Assembly: GCA_964016885.1 (NCBI GenBank)
Contig: OZ024742.1
Location: 33,108,001 to 33,172,000, forward strand
From: Eledone cirrhosa
Lineage: Eukaryota
Direction of reading: 5' to 3'
Length of the DNA: 64,000 nt
Below, in pieces: positions 1 through 15,529 of the stretch. The notes below the pieces were generated by a model that saw only the letters and a list, made by a program, of their open reading frames with translations, ran no database searches and was not told the DNA's origin. How positions within the stretch are numbered: position 1 is the stretch's first letter; every line of letters begins with the position of its first letter. The position numbers and the translations under genes were made by a program.

Positions 1-3000
1 ACACGACACCCATCACACACACCAAAAAAACACACGACACCCATCACACACACCACATACACACACGACACCCATCACACACACCACATAGACACACGAC
101 ACCCATCACACACACCACATACACACATGACACCCATCACACACACCACATACACACACGACACCCATCACACACATCACATTCACGCACCACCTACACA
201 CAGGACACCCATCATACACACACCACATACACGCACGACACCCATCACACACACCACCTACACACACGACACCCATCACACACACCACATACACACACGA
301 CACCCATCACACACACCACCTACACACACGACACCCATCACACATATCACATTCACACACGACACCCATCACACACACGACACCCATCACACACACCACC
401 TACACACACGACACCCATCACACACACACCACATACACACACGACACCCATCACACACACACGACACCCATCACACACACCACCTACACACACGACACCC
501 ATCACACACACCACATAGACACACGACACCCATCACACACACCACATACACACACGACACCCATCACACACACCACATACACACATGACACCCATCACAC
601 ACACCACATACACACACGACACCCATCACACACACCACATACACACACGACACCCATCACACACACCACATACACACACGACACCCATCACACACATCAC
701 ATTCACGCACCACCTACACACACGACACCCATCACACACACACCACATACACACATGACACCCATCACACACACCACATACACACACGACACCCATCACA
801 CACACCACATAGACACACGACACCCATCACACACACCACATACACGCACGACACCCATCACACACACCACCTATACACACGACACCCATCACACACACCA
901 CATACACGCACGACACCCATCACACACACCACATACACACATGACACCCATCACACACACCACATACACACACGACACCCATCACACACACCACATAGAC
1001 ACACGACACCCATCACACACACCACATACACGCACGACACCCATCACACACACCACATACACACACGACACCCATCACACACACCACCTACACACACGAC
1101 ACCGATCACACACACCACATAGACACACGACACCCATCACACACACCACATACACGCACGACACCCATCACACACACCACCTATACACACGACACCCATC
1201 ACACACACCACATACACGCACGACACCCATCACACACACCACATACACACATGACACCCATCACACACACCACATACACACACGACACCCATCACACACA
1301 TCACATTCACGCACCACCTACACACACGACACCCATCACACACGACACCCATCACACACACACCACATACACACATGACACCCATCACACACACCACATA
1401 CACACACGACACCCATCACACACAGCACCTACACACACGACACTCATCACACACACACCACATACACACATGACACCCATCACACACACCACATACACAC
1501 ACGACACCCATCACACACAGCACCTACACACACGACACCCATCACACACACCACATAGACACACGACACCCATCACACACACCACATACACGCACGACAC
1601 CCATCACACACACCACCTACACACACGACACCCATCACACACATCATATAGACACACGACACCCATCACACACACCACCTACACACACGACACCCATCAC
1701 ACACACACCACCTACACACACGACACCCATCACACACACCACATAGACACACGACACCCATCACACACACCACATACACGCACGACACCCATCACACACA
1801 CCACCTACACACACGACACCCATCACACACACCACCTACACACACGACACCCATCACACACATCACATTCACACACGACACCCATCAAACACACCACCTA
1901 CACACACGACACCCATCACACACATCACATTCACACACCACCTACACACACGACACCCATCACACACACACCACATACACACACGACACCCATCACACAC
2001 ACACCACATACACACACGACACCCATCACACACACCACCTACTCACACGACACCCATCACACACACCACATAGACACACGACACCCATCACACACACCAC
2101 ATACACGCACGACACCCATCACACACACCACATACACACACGACACCCATCACACACACCACATACACACACGACACCCATCACACACCCCACATACACA
2201 CACGACACCCATCACACACACACCACATACACACACGACACCCATCACACACACCACATACACACACGACACCCATCACACACACCACATACACACACGA
2301 CACCCATCACACACACCACATACACACACGACACCCATCACACACACCACCTACACACACGACACCCATCACACACACCACATACACACACAACACCCAT
2401 CACACATACACACACGACACCCATCACACACACCACATAGACACACGACACCCATCACACACACCACCTACACACACGACACCCATCACACACACCACAT
2501 ACACACACGACACCCATCACACACACCACCTACATACACGACACCCATCACACACACCACATACACACACAACACCCATCACACACATGACACCCATCAC
2601 ACACACCACAGACACTCACGACACCCATCACACACACCACCTACACACACGACACCCATCACACACACCACATACACACACGACACCCATCACACACACC
2701 ACCTACACACACGACACCCATCACACACACCACATACACACACGACACCCATCACACACACCACCTACACACACGACACCCATCACACACACCACATACA
2801 CACACGACACCCATCACACACACCACATACACACACGACACCCATCACACACACCACCTACACACACGACACCCATCACACACCCCACATACACACACAT
2901 GACACCCAACACACACACCACATACACACACGACACCCATCACACACACCACATACACACACATGACACCCATCACACACACACCACCTATACACACGAC

Positions 3001-6000
3001 ACCCATCACACACACCACATACACACATGACACCCATCACACACGACACCCATCACACACACCACCTACACACACGACACCCATCACACACACCACCTAC
3101 ACACACGACACCCATCACACACCCCACATACACACACATGACACCCAACACACACACCACATACACACACGACACCCATCACACACACCACATACACACA
3201 CATGACACCCATCACACACACACCACCTATACACACGACACCCATCACACACACCACATACACACATGACACCCATCACACACACCACATACACACATGA
3301 CACCCATCACACACACCACATACACACACGACACCCAACACACACACCACATACACACACGACACCCATCACACACACCACATACACACACGACACCAAT
3401 CACACACACCACATACACACACGACACCCATCACACACACCACATACACACACGACACCCATCACACACACCACATACACACACGACACCCATCACACAC
3501 ACACCACACCCATCACACACACCACATACACACACGACACCCATCACACACACCACATACACACACGACACCCATCACACACACCACATACACACACGAC
3601 ACCAATCACACACACCACATACACACACGACACCCATCACACACACCACATACACACACGACACCCATCACACACACCACATACACACATGACACCCATC
3701 ACACACACACGACACCCATCACACACACCACATACACACACGACACCCATCACACACACCACATACACACACGACACCCATCACACACACCACATACACA
3801 CACAACGCCCATCACACACACCACATACACACACGACACCCATCACACACACACCACATACACACACGACACCAATCACACACACCACATACACACACGA
3901 CACCCAACACACACACCACATACACACATGACACCCATCACACACACCACCTACACACACAACACCCATCACACACACCACACACACACACACGACACCC
4001 ATCACACACACGACACCCATCACACACACCACATACACACACGACACCCATCACACACACGACACCCATCACACACACCACATACACACACGACACCCAT
4101 CACACACACGACACCCATCACACACACACCACACCCATCACACACACCACATACACACATGACACCCATCACACACCACATACACACACAACACCCATCA
4201 CACACATCACATTCACACACAACACCCATCACACACACCACATACACACACGACACCCATCACACACACGACACCCATCACACACACACCACACCCATCA
4301 CACACACACACGACACCCATCACACACACACACCACCCATCACACACACACCACACCCATCACACACACCACATACACACATGACACCCATCACACACCA
4401 CATACACACACATCACATTCACACCCAACACCCATCACACACACAACGCCCATCACACACACCACATACACACACCACACCCATCACACACACCACACAC
4501 ACACACGACACCCATCACACACACACCACACCCATCACACACACCACATACACACACGACACCCATCACACACACCACCTACACACACGACACCCATCAC
4601 ACACATCACATTCACACACCACCTACACACACGACACCCATCACACACACACCACATACACACACGACACCCATCACACACACACCACATACACACACGA
4701 CACCCATCACACACACCACATAGACACACGACACCCATCACACACACCACATACACGCACGACACCCATCACACACACCACCTACACACACGACACCCAT
4801 CACACACACCACCTACACACACGACACCCATCACACACACCACATAGACACACGACACCCATCACACACACCACATACACACACGACACCCATCACACAC
4901 ACCGCATACACACACGACACCCATCACACACACCACCTACACACACGACACCCATCACACACCCCACATAGACACACGACACCCATCACACACACCACAT
5001 AGACACACGACACCCATCACACACACCACATACACACACGACACCCATCACACACACACCACATACACACACGACACCAATCACACACACCACATACACA
5101 CATGACACCCATCACACACACCACATACACACACGACACCCATCACACACACCACATACACACACGACACCCATCACACACACCACATACACACACGACA
5201 CCCATCACACACACCACATACACACACGACACCCATCACACACACCACATACACACACGACACCCATCACACACACCACATACACACACGACACCCATCA
5301 CACACACCACATACACACACGACACCCATCACACACACCACATACACACACGACACCCATCACACACACGACACCCATCACACACACCACATACACACAC
5401 AACACCCATCACACACACGACACCCATCACACACACCACATACACACACGACACCCATCACACACACCACATACACACACAACACCCATCACACACACGA
5501 CACCCATCACACACACCACATACACACACAACACCCATCACACACACGACACCCATCACACACACACCACACCCATCACACACACCACACACACACACAC
5601 GACACCCATCACACACACAATACCCATCACACACACCACATACACACACAACACCCATCACACACACCACATACACACACAACGCCCATCACACACACGA
5701 CACCCATCACACACACACCACATACACACACGACACCAATCACACACACCACATACACACACGACACCCAACACACACACCACATACACACACAACACCC
5801 ATCACACACACCACATACACACACGACACCCATCACACACACGACACCCATCACACACACACCACACCCATCACACACACCACACACACACACGACACCC
5901 ATCACACACCCCACATCGACACACGACACCCATCACACACACCACCTACACACACACCACCTACACACACGACACCCATCACACACACCACATAGACACA

Positions 6001-7830
6001 CGACACCCATCACACACACCACATACACACACGACACCCATCACACACACCACATACACACACATGACACCCATCACACACACACCACATACACACACGA
6101 CACCCATCACACACACCACATACACACACGACACCCATCACACACACCACACCCATCACACACACCACACACACACACACGACACCCATCACACACACAC
6201 CACACACACCACATACACACACAATACCCATCACACACACCACATACACACACAACACCCATCACACACACCACATACACACACAACGCCCATCACACAC
6301 ACCACATACACACACAACACCCATCACACATACCACATACACACACGACACCCATCATACACACGACACCCATCACACACACACCACACCCATCACACAC
6401 ACCACACACACACATGACACCCATCACACACACCACATACACACACACGACACCCATCACACACACACCACACCCATCACACACACCACATACACACATG
6501 ACACCCATCACACACCACATACACACACAACACCCATCACACACACCACATACACACACGACACCCATCACACACACACCACACCCATCACACACACCAC
6601 ACACACACACGACACCCATCACACACACACACCACACACACACACGACACCCATCACACACACCACATACACACATGACACCCATCACACACCACATACA
6701 CACACAACACCCATCACACACATCACATTCACACACAACACCCATCACACACACCACATACACACACGACACCCATCACACACACCACATACACACACGA
6801 CACCCATCACACACACCACATACACACACGACACCCATCACACACACGACACCCATCACACACACACCACACCACACACACACACGACACCCATCACACA
6901 CACACACCACACACACACACGACACCCATCACACACACACAACACCCATCACACACACCACATACACACATGACACCCATCACACACACCACATACACAC
7001 ACAACACCCATCACACACATCACATTCACACACAACACCCATCACACACATCACATTCACACACAACACCCATCACACACACCACATACACACACAACGC
7101 CCATCACACACACCACATACACACACGACACCCATCATACACACACACCACACCCATCACACACACGACACCCATCACACACACACCACACCCATCACAC
7201 ACACCACATACACACACGACACCCATCACACACACACACCACACACACACACGACACCCATCACACACACCACATACACACACGACACCCATCACACACA
7301 CACCACACCCATCACACACCACACACACACACGACACCCATCACACACACACCACACACGACACCCATCACACACACCCATCACACACACACCACACCCA
7401 TCACACACACCACACACCACACACACACACGACACCCATCACACACACCACACCCATCACACACACCACATACACACACGACACCCATCATACACACACA
7501 CCACACCCATCACACACACGACACCCATCACACACACACCACACCCATCACACACACCACATACACACACGACACCCATCACACACACACACCACACACA
7601 CACACGACACCCATCACACACACCACATACACACACGACACCCATCACACACACCCATCACACACACACCACACCCATCACACACACGACACCCATCACA
7701 CACACACCACACCCATCACACACACCACACACACACACGACACCCATCACACACACACCACACCCATCACACACACCACATACACACACGACACCCATCA
7801 CACACACATCACACACATACCCACACACCA
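1..7830. repeat. CA-rich minisatellite, ~31-bp unit ACACACGACACCCATCACACACACCACATAC, degenerating toward the right end
   Basis: Continuous tandem array visible directly. The His/Thr and Val/Cys ORFs are its translations. Confidence 0.97.
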
Positions 7831-7881
7831 CATCACATAACCTTTTCTACAAAATTTATTGAGGAGCTGGAACTATTGATT

Positions 7882-8870
7882 AGTGGTGGTAGTGGTGATG
7901 GTGGTGGTGGTAGTGGTGGTGGTGATGGTGGTGGTAGTGGTGGTGGTGATCGTGGTGGTGGTTGTGGTGGTGGTAGTAGTGGTAGTGATGGTGATGGTTC
8001 TGGTAGTGGTGGTGGTGGTGATGGTGGTGGTAGTGATGGTGATGGTAGTGGTGGTAGTGGTGGTAATGGTGGTGGTGGTGATAGAGGTGGTGGTAGTGGT
8101 GGTGGTGATGGTGGTGGTAGTGGTGGTAGTGGTGGTGGTGATGGTGGTGGTAGTGGTGGTAGTGATGGTGATGGTGGTAATGGTGGTGGTGGTGATGGTT
8201 GTGGTGGTGGTGGTGATGGTCGTGATGGTGGTGGTGATGGTAGTGGTGGTAGTGATGGTGATGGTGGTGGTGGTAGTGGTGGTGATGGTGGTGGTGGTGG
8301 TAGTGGTGGTGGTGATGGTTGTGATAGTGATGGTGGTGGTAGTGGTAGTAGTGGTGGTGGTGATGGTGGTGGTAGTGGTGGTGGTGATGGTGGTGGTGCT
8401 AGTAGTGGTGGTGGTGCTGGTGGTGCTAGTGGTGGTGGCAGTAGTGATGGTAGTGGTGGTGGTGGTATTGATGGTGGTGGTAGTGTTGGTGGTGGTGGTG
8501 GTGCTGATGATGCTCGTGGTGGTGATGGTGGTGGTGGTGGTGGTGGTGATGGTGGTGGTGGTGGTAGTGGTGGTGGTGGTGGTAGTGGTGGTGGTGGTGG
8601 TGCTGATGATGCTCGTGGTGGTGATGGTGGTGGTGGTGATGGTTGTGGTAGTGGTGGTGGTGGTAATGGTGGTGGAGATGGTGGTGATGGTGGCGGTAGT
8701 GGTGGTGGTGGTAATGGTGGTGGTGATGGTGGTGGTAGTGGTGGTGGTGATGGTGGTGGTAGTGGTGGTGGTGGTGGTAGTGGTGGTATTGGTGGTGGTG
8801 GTGGTAGTGGTGGTGGTGGTAGTGGTGGGGGTAGTGGTGGTGATAGTGGCGATGATAGCTGGTGGTGGAG
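7882..8870. repeat. Compound trinucleotide microsatellite (GGT/GAT/AGT)n
   Basis: About 1 kb of GGT with GAT/AGT interruptions. Confidence 0.95.
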
Positions 8871-9005
8871 ACGATGGTAGACAAGGACAAAGAGGTAAAA
8901 GAAAAAATGAAATGAAAAAAATACACACACACACACATACACAAACCCCCAACACAAACACATGCACACACACACACACTCAAACATACATACAGACACA
9001 CACAA

Positions 9006-9036
<31 letters not shown>

Positions 9037-9454
9037 CATAAACACACTGAAACACACACAGACAGAAACATACACACACCCAAACACACATACCCAAACA
9101 CTCAAACACGCACACACACATTAACATACACACACACACATATAAGAAGTAGAATGAAAACAATGCAAAAGGCAACAAAGGAGACGAAGAAGTGAAAGAA
9201 GAAGGAAGAGAAAAGAAGAAAGAAAGGAAAGAAAGAGGAGGGGAGGCGGGGTGTGGATGATGAAAAGGAAAGAAGAAAAGTGAAGATTTCAGCTCCATTA
9301 CCTAATGAAAAGATAACAGGATTATAGAAATGAGCAGTAGAACCTTAATAACCCTACTAATGAACCAAATGGGACAACATTATATTGTCTTCTGTTGTTT
9401 GGTTTTGTTGCTTGTTTTGCTAAGACACCACTTCCTTCTCCAACTGCTTTTAAA

Positions 9455-9486
<32 letters not shown>

Positions 9487-9636
9487 CGTTATTCCGGGTT
9501 GAATCGGAGATAACCACAGTAAGTAAGGTACTCAATACATTGCAGAGTATAAAAGTTTTAATATAGATGAGATTCCTGATGATTTCTAAAGAATGAAACA
9601 GTTCTAGTCCTGTAGAATCTCATCTATATTAAAACT
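9487..9636. mobile_element. Penelope-like inverted pLTR remnant in (TA)n, with tail at left
   Basis: 22-bp perfect inverted repeat (9554-9575 / 9615-9636) encloses a hammerhead core. Tail motif GTACTCAA at 9528. Flanked by (TA)n on both sides. Confidence 0.7.
9554..9636 (+). ncRNA. Type I hammerhead ribozyme motif
   Basis: Stem I, CTGATGA (9576-9582), short stem II TTC/GAA, GAAA (9595-9598), stem III ACAG/CTGT, GTA cleavage triplet (9612-9614), then the other stem I arm. Confidence 0.75.
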
Positions 9637-9651
9637 ATATATATATATATA

Positions 9652-9887
<236 letters not shown>

Positions 9888-9890
9888 TAT

Positions 9891-10065
9891 ACAATAGATT
9901 AACAGAGAAAGCCTTAAGCAGTACTCTGACCAACTCTATCTCACTCAACAAACATTAGGATATACCTAAGTATTTTCCCAATTTAGTATTTGGGGTGCTA
10001 ACTAATCAGTATTTCGTGGATAGCTGGTTGTATTATTTTATATGCGACATTATTAAATAAATATG
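9891..10065 (-). mobile_element. Probable PLE 3' tail fragment in (TA)n
   Basis: Unique sequence between (TA)n tracts with GTACTCTG at 9921, similar to the shared tail motif. Confidence 0.35.
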
Positions 10066-10222
10066 CATATATATATATTCATATATATATATATACATAT
10101 ATATATTCATATATATTATATATATATACATATATATATTCATATATATTATATATATATGTTAGCGTGGAAAATGGACGTTAAACGATGATGATGCATA
10201 TATATATATTCATATATATTAT

Positions 10223-11753
10223 ATCTGGTGTGCTCTTAGAAAACTAGGTGTTGATGAATGGCTTGTGAGAGCTATACAAGCCATGTATAAAGAAACAGTC
10301 AGCAAGGTTAGAATTGACAAAGAATATAGTGAAAAGTTTAGCGTAAAAGTTGGTGTTCATCAGGGCTCCGTTCTTAGCCCCCTACTATTTATTATTGACC
10401 TTCAGGCTATAACAGAGGAGTTCAAAACCGGCTGCCCATGGGAACTCCTATACGCAGATGATCTAACGCTCATAGCTAAATCAATGGCTGAACTAGAGAA
10501 GAAATTCCAAACATGGAAGAATGGCCTAGAATCGAAAAGCCTTAAAATTAACCTGTCTAAGACTAAAGTTCTAGTTTGTAGGAAGGAAAATCGGGCACCG
10601 ATCCCATCTGGTAAATGGCCATGCTCAGTGTGTAGGAAAGGAGTAGGCAGAAACTCCATTTTATGTCCCAAATGCAAAGTATGGGTGCATAAAAGATGTA
10701 GTGGGATCACAGGTAAGCTAACTAAGAACATAGATTTTACATGTGGCCAGTGCTCTGGTGCTATAAGTAGCATCAAGTGCCCACAAAATACTAGCTCATT
10801 CCATTGCACAGATGGTTCTATAGAAATAGTGGACAGCTTCCGTTACTTGGGAGACAAAATCAGCAGTGGTGGAGGGTGCTCTGAAAGTACAGTAGCTTGA
10901 GTCAGAACTGGATGGAAAAAGTTCAGAGAGCTTATACCACTATTAGCCGCTAAAGGGTTCTCTCTAAAAATGAAAGGCAGGCTGTATGATGCCTGCATAC
11001 GAACAGCAATGTTACATGGCAGTGAGACCTGGGCATTGTGTGCAGAGGATATACACAGACTGGAGAGAAACGAAGCTTGCATGCTCCGCTGGATGTGTAA
11101 TAGTAATATACGTGAACGGCAAAGCATAAACGAACTAAGGGAAAAATTAGAAATAAGAGGGATCAGATGTTGGTACGGTCACATGATGCGCATGAAAGAC
11201 GACAGCTGTATAAATAAGTGCAGGGTAATAAAAATAGATGGTAGCCACGGAGTAGGCAGACCCAGAAAAACCTGGGACAACCTGATAAATTCCGACCTCA
11301 CACACTTACACCTCTCCAAGACAATGTCACTGGACCGAGATCTTTGGCGCTACACAGTAATACAGAAGACCCGCCTTACCTAAGTACAAAGTGAAACCTA
11401 CTACAGTCAGTAGGCACCTCTAACAAAAATACACCCCCGTCCCACTACCCCCACCCCATCCACACCACCCCCTTAAATGTGAAGTTATGTTGGTACCACA
11501 ACATCCAGTCCGAAACAAATGAGGTCGTGTAGGTGTCACAACGAAAAAAACACACAGTCCACGCTGTAATGTGGCCGTGTAGGTAACATGGTAAAAACCT
11601 CCCAGTCCCACACTGTAAATGTGGTTGGTGTTAGGAAGGGCATCGAGCCGTAGAAAACCCGCCAGACAGTCCTATGCGAGCAAGACAACCACTCTTGCCT
11701 CAAGTGGGAAAACTCCCGTCCAAACCCATGCTAGCGTGGAAGATGGACGTTAA

Positions 11754-11784
<31 letters not shown>
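10223..11784 (+). mobile_element. 5'-truncated RTE-clade LINE (RT C-half, PHD-like finger, 3' UTR, (GAT)n tail)
   Basis: ORFs 10265-10900 and 10970-11383 show GVHQGSVLSPLLF, LLYADD, FRYLG and GRPRKTW. Premature TGA at ~10898. Confidence 0.93.
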
Positions 11785-11786
<2 letters not shown>

Positions 11787-12089
11787 ATATATATGCATAT
11801 ATATATTCACACACATACATATATACATATTTTGTCCCCCAAAAATGTATACACACTTAAACAGCATTCTAATAAATATTGCCTGTACAGGTAATCAAAG
11901 TATGTATACATTTTTGGGGGGGGACATCCTGTGTGTATATATATATATATATATGGCTTTTGCAGACCCATCGAAACCGGTCATTTTTTATACACTTTAT
12001 TATTTCCTTACCTTATAAAATTATATGTTTTTTCACAAAAAAGTATTCTGTCTCTTATATATTCCATGTGCCATTACCAAACTCAATTT

Positions 12090-12120
<31 letters not shown>

Positions 12121-13146
12121 GTTGTGTTTAGAGACATACACACACATCTCAAACAGTAAAATGCCACACAGTTACATACATATATTTAAGACATTAATAT
12201 ACATTATTGTATATTTGTTTATGTGTGTGTGTATGTGTGAGAGAGTTGGGGAAGATTGTATGTGGTATGTGTAAGACAAGATCTGTGAGGTGTTGTGTGT
12301 GTGAGAGAGAGAGACTCAGTGTGTGTGTTTTTTATAAAACTGCTGAGCTAGGATAGGGTAGAGTGATATTTTAGGGAGATTTAGCTATGGTTGAACTATG
12401 ATAGGACAGGCTGATGTTTCAGGGAAGTTTAGCTACTACTGGATTACGATAACGTAGAGTGATGTTTTAGGCGTATTTAGTTGTTATTTCTTGGGTGGCA
12501 GACTTAATCAATGGCCTGGTTTAACATCATCACCTAGCACCTCATGTGACTTTAGCAGAATCTACTCTGTTGCAAGCATTCAGGCCATGCCCCCTGGTTA
12601 TGAGGATATTTTCTTCCCTCTCTGTTACTACTCTTGGAGACCCTGAGAAGGGTCATGGGTGCTGACCTTCGATTCCTGACTAAACAGTAAAAACAAAATA
12701 ATGGTCATAGTTAATATATTTTGATCACAAGTCTACTGGCTCAGAGGTGACCTGTAGCTGAATGATAATATAGATGATTGGATTGAACCCAGAGTATTAC
12801 TGATACTTTTCAACTATCAACCCAGTGTATTACTGATACTTTTTAACTATCAACGAACTATGATTGTTAAGGAAAGCAGCCATGGTTGGGTGTTGGACTT
12901 ATGGTAACATCATGCATTCAATTCTTGGACTAGCTGCCACATTGTGATTTTCATTTCACATTTCTCAGATCAATTGTACCATGCATATACATACACAATT
13001 ACATACATATTGATATATATTTATACCTGTTGATACACACTATGTAAAATTTGCCTATATACACAAACATGCATTGTATATCTGTCTATATTATTAACTA
13101 TTGATACATTTTATAATCGGGCCATGATTATATATATGTATATGTA

Positions 13147-13185
13147 GTAGTGCACCTGAGCATTGTACACAATAATTTTCATTAT
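13147..13185 (+). repeat. Dispersed repeat 3' end (GTAGTGCACCTGAGCA.TGTACACAATAATTT), second copy at 33694-33740
   Basis: Near-identical sequence at two sites, the second ending in (ATT)n. Probably a LINE tail. Confidence 0.5.
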
Positions 13186-14504
13186 ATCATATACATACAC
13201 ATAGACATGAGAATGTCCACACACAACATGTACATACAACATATACTCTGGTGTCATATCCAGTAGACTCAGCCTTAAAATGAGCATCAGCAGCAGCTGG
13301 AGTTTAACCTAGTATCTTGTCTTGTACTCTCAGAGGCTTAACACCAATGAAACCAAGAAAAACTACAGCCTGATGAGCTTCTGGGCATGGGCTATATTAA
13401 TGTTTAAAACATGACCTGAATAAGAGTAGACTCCCAGAACAATGTACCACTGAGCAGAATACTATACCATAGATTACCTAAGCAGCATGTACAGTGTCTT
13501 GCATATCTTTAGAGACATAGCTAGACTGTGAAAATTATTTTCATTTCAAAAGCTTTAATTTTATATTAGATTAAAGAAAAAAAATGAGAAAAATTCTTGT
13601 GTATTGAAATTTATATATATATATATACAAAGACACATGCATGCATACACACAAACACACATTCATACATACATAAAAATACTTTGTAGGCATTAAATAG
13701 AAATCTAAAAATAATAACATCAAACACATCATATCTGTTTACGCTAAAGATGGTAACAAACAGAATTTTGTGTATCAATGGCTAAAGATAAAATTATTAA
13801 AATGAACTGTAAATTTTTCCAGAAATAAAATATCCCCGAGGTTAAAAAAAAAATGATCTATTAGCGAAGGTGGGAGACCACCTATGTTATATATAGACCT
13901 TTCCAGACTTGTGAAATTACTGTTGATGTTTAGTTTAACCCTTTCCTTACTATATTTCTAATGAAAGACACTTATTTACTCTTGTATTAACTGGTTTCAG
14001 TTATTAGACTGTGGCCATTCTGGAGCTCTGCCTTAAAGGAATTTAGTTGATCATATTGACACCCAGCACCAATTTTTCCAAGTTTAATATTTATCAATCT
14101 CTTTTTATCGAACTACTAAGTTGTGGGATATAAAAATAGATTATATTCATATGAAACTGGATGCAATATGGTGATGAAGACAAGTATCTGTATAAACATG
14201 TATGTGGATGTGTAGTTTTGAGTATGTGAATAAGTAGGTGGTAGCATGAATATACTATACTGCTTTCATTTCTTAATGTCCATTTGCTGAAAATAAATTG
14301 AAATAAAACCCCAAAACTACCAGCTCATCGAGTTTATCGTTATATTAGCCACACCATGTTTCCATATATAATGAGCCATTGAAACATTATTTCCAGCAGC
14401 AACTTTTATTGAAACTCAGAGTATCAATAAAGAGTAATCTCAGTAATATCATAAATATATAATATTCTCTACTTTGGTAGTGACCACTTTTTCCTAATAT
14501 TTGT

Positions 14505-14846
14505 AGACCTAAATATATGGTGGATATATCGTGAAGCTGAAGCATATAGACAGTATGCCCCCCCCCCCCCCCCCCCGCAAAGTGGTCGTGGAGGTGTCAC
14601 AAAAATCACTCAGTCTACACTGTAAAGTGGTCGTGTAGGCGCCACGATAAATAAAGCACCCAGTACTCACTGTAAATGAGGTAGGTGTTAGGAAGGGCAT
14701 CCAGCTGTAGAAATCAAGCCAGAATCAGTTCTGTATGAGTAAGACATGGTCACCCAACAAGGCATTGCCCACAACAGGACAACCCGTCTAACCCATGCTA
14801 GTGTGGAAGAATGGATGTAAAACGGTGATGAGGATGATGATGATGA
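14505..14846 (+). mobile_element. RTE 3' UTR and tail (subfamily of 49140-50253)
   Basis: GGTGTTAGGAAGGGCATCCAGCTGTAGAAA ... CCCATGCTAG ... (GAT)n. Confidence 0.85.
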
Positions 14847-14852
14847 TATGTG

Positions 14853-14898
<46 letters not shown>

Positions 14899-15529
14899 CA
14901 TACATATACATATATATATATATATTCAAATACAACCCCAAGCTGCAGGCTGCAGTATGTAGAACATTCTAGAGAGAAATCCCCACCTCTTATGTCTCTA
15001 TCACCCATACTCTCGCACTTGCCCTCATTTCATATATGATTATAAGCCCACTGGCTAAATCGGAAGTATGTAAAAAGCTTTCTTTTATCTTCAACTGAGT
15101 ATGTTCCATTCAAAATACATTTGACTCCAAGTCCTTATTCTGTTTTTCTCTATCAACTTATAAATGGGTATATCTTTAACATTTCATATTTTCTGTCCAC
15201 TCCATTTATTTGCAAATGAACTTCGGGCATATTTGTAATACCTCTAGTATGATCAGTGTCTGCGGCTCACCTCACATTTTCCCTCCTACCACCATAACCT
15301 CTTAAACCTATTAAACCACAGCAGTGCAAATGTCTCAAGTCTTAACTCATAGTCTATTGCAATAACTATTACTAGTTGTTGTTATGGGGTTGGTTGTTTG
15401 TATTGCAGATGAACTACAATGCTGGAGCAAATATGAATATGAATCTCCCATCTGTTTCCGGGTGACCATGCAAACTTTCTTCTTTATTTCAGATATGGAA
15501 AAACAACACCAATTCCCATCCTCTCCCAA

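Noticed and set aside
106-9298. Long His/Thr, Gly-rich, poly-Pro, poly-Val and poly-Thr ORFs (up to 636 aa)
   Set aside because: They are stop-free translations of satellites, open in several frames on both strands, with no splice or domain evidence.
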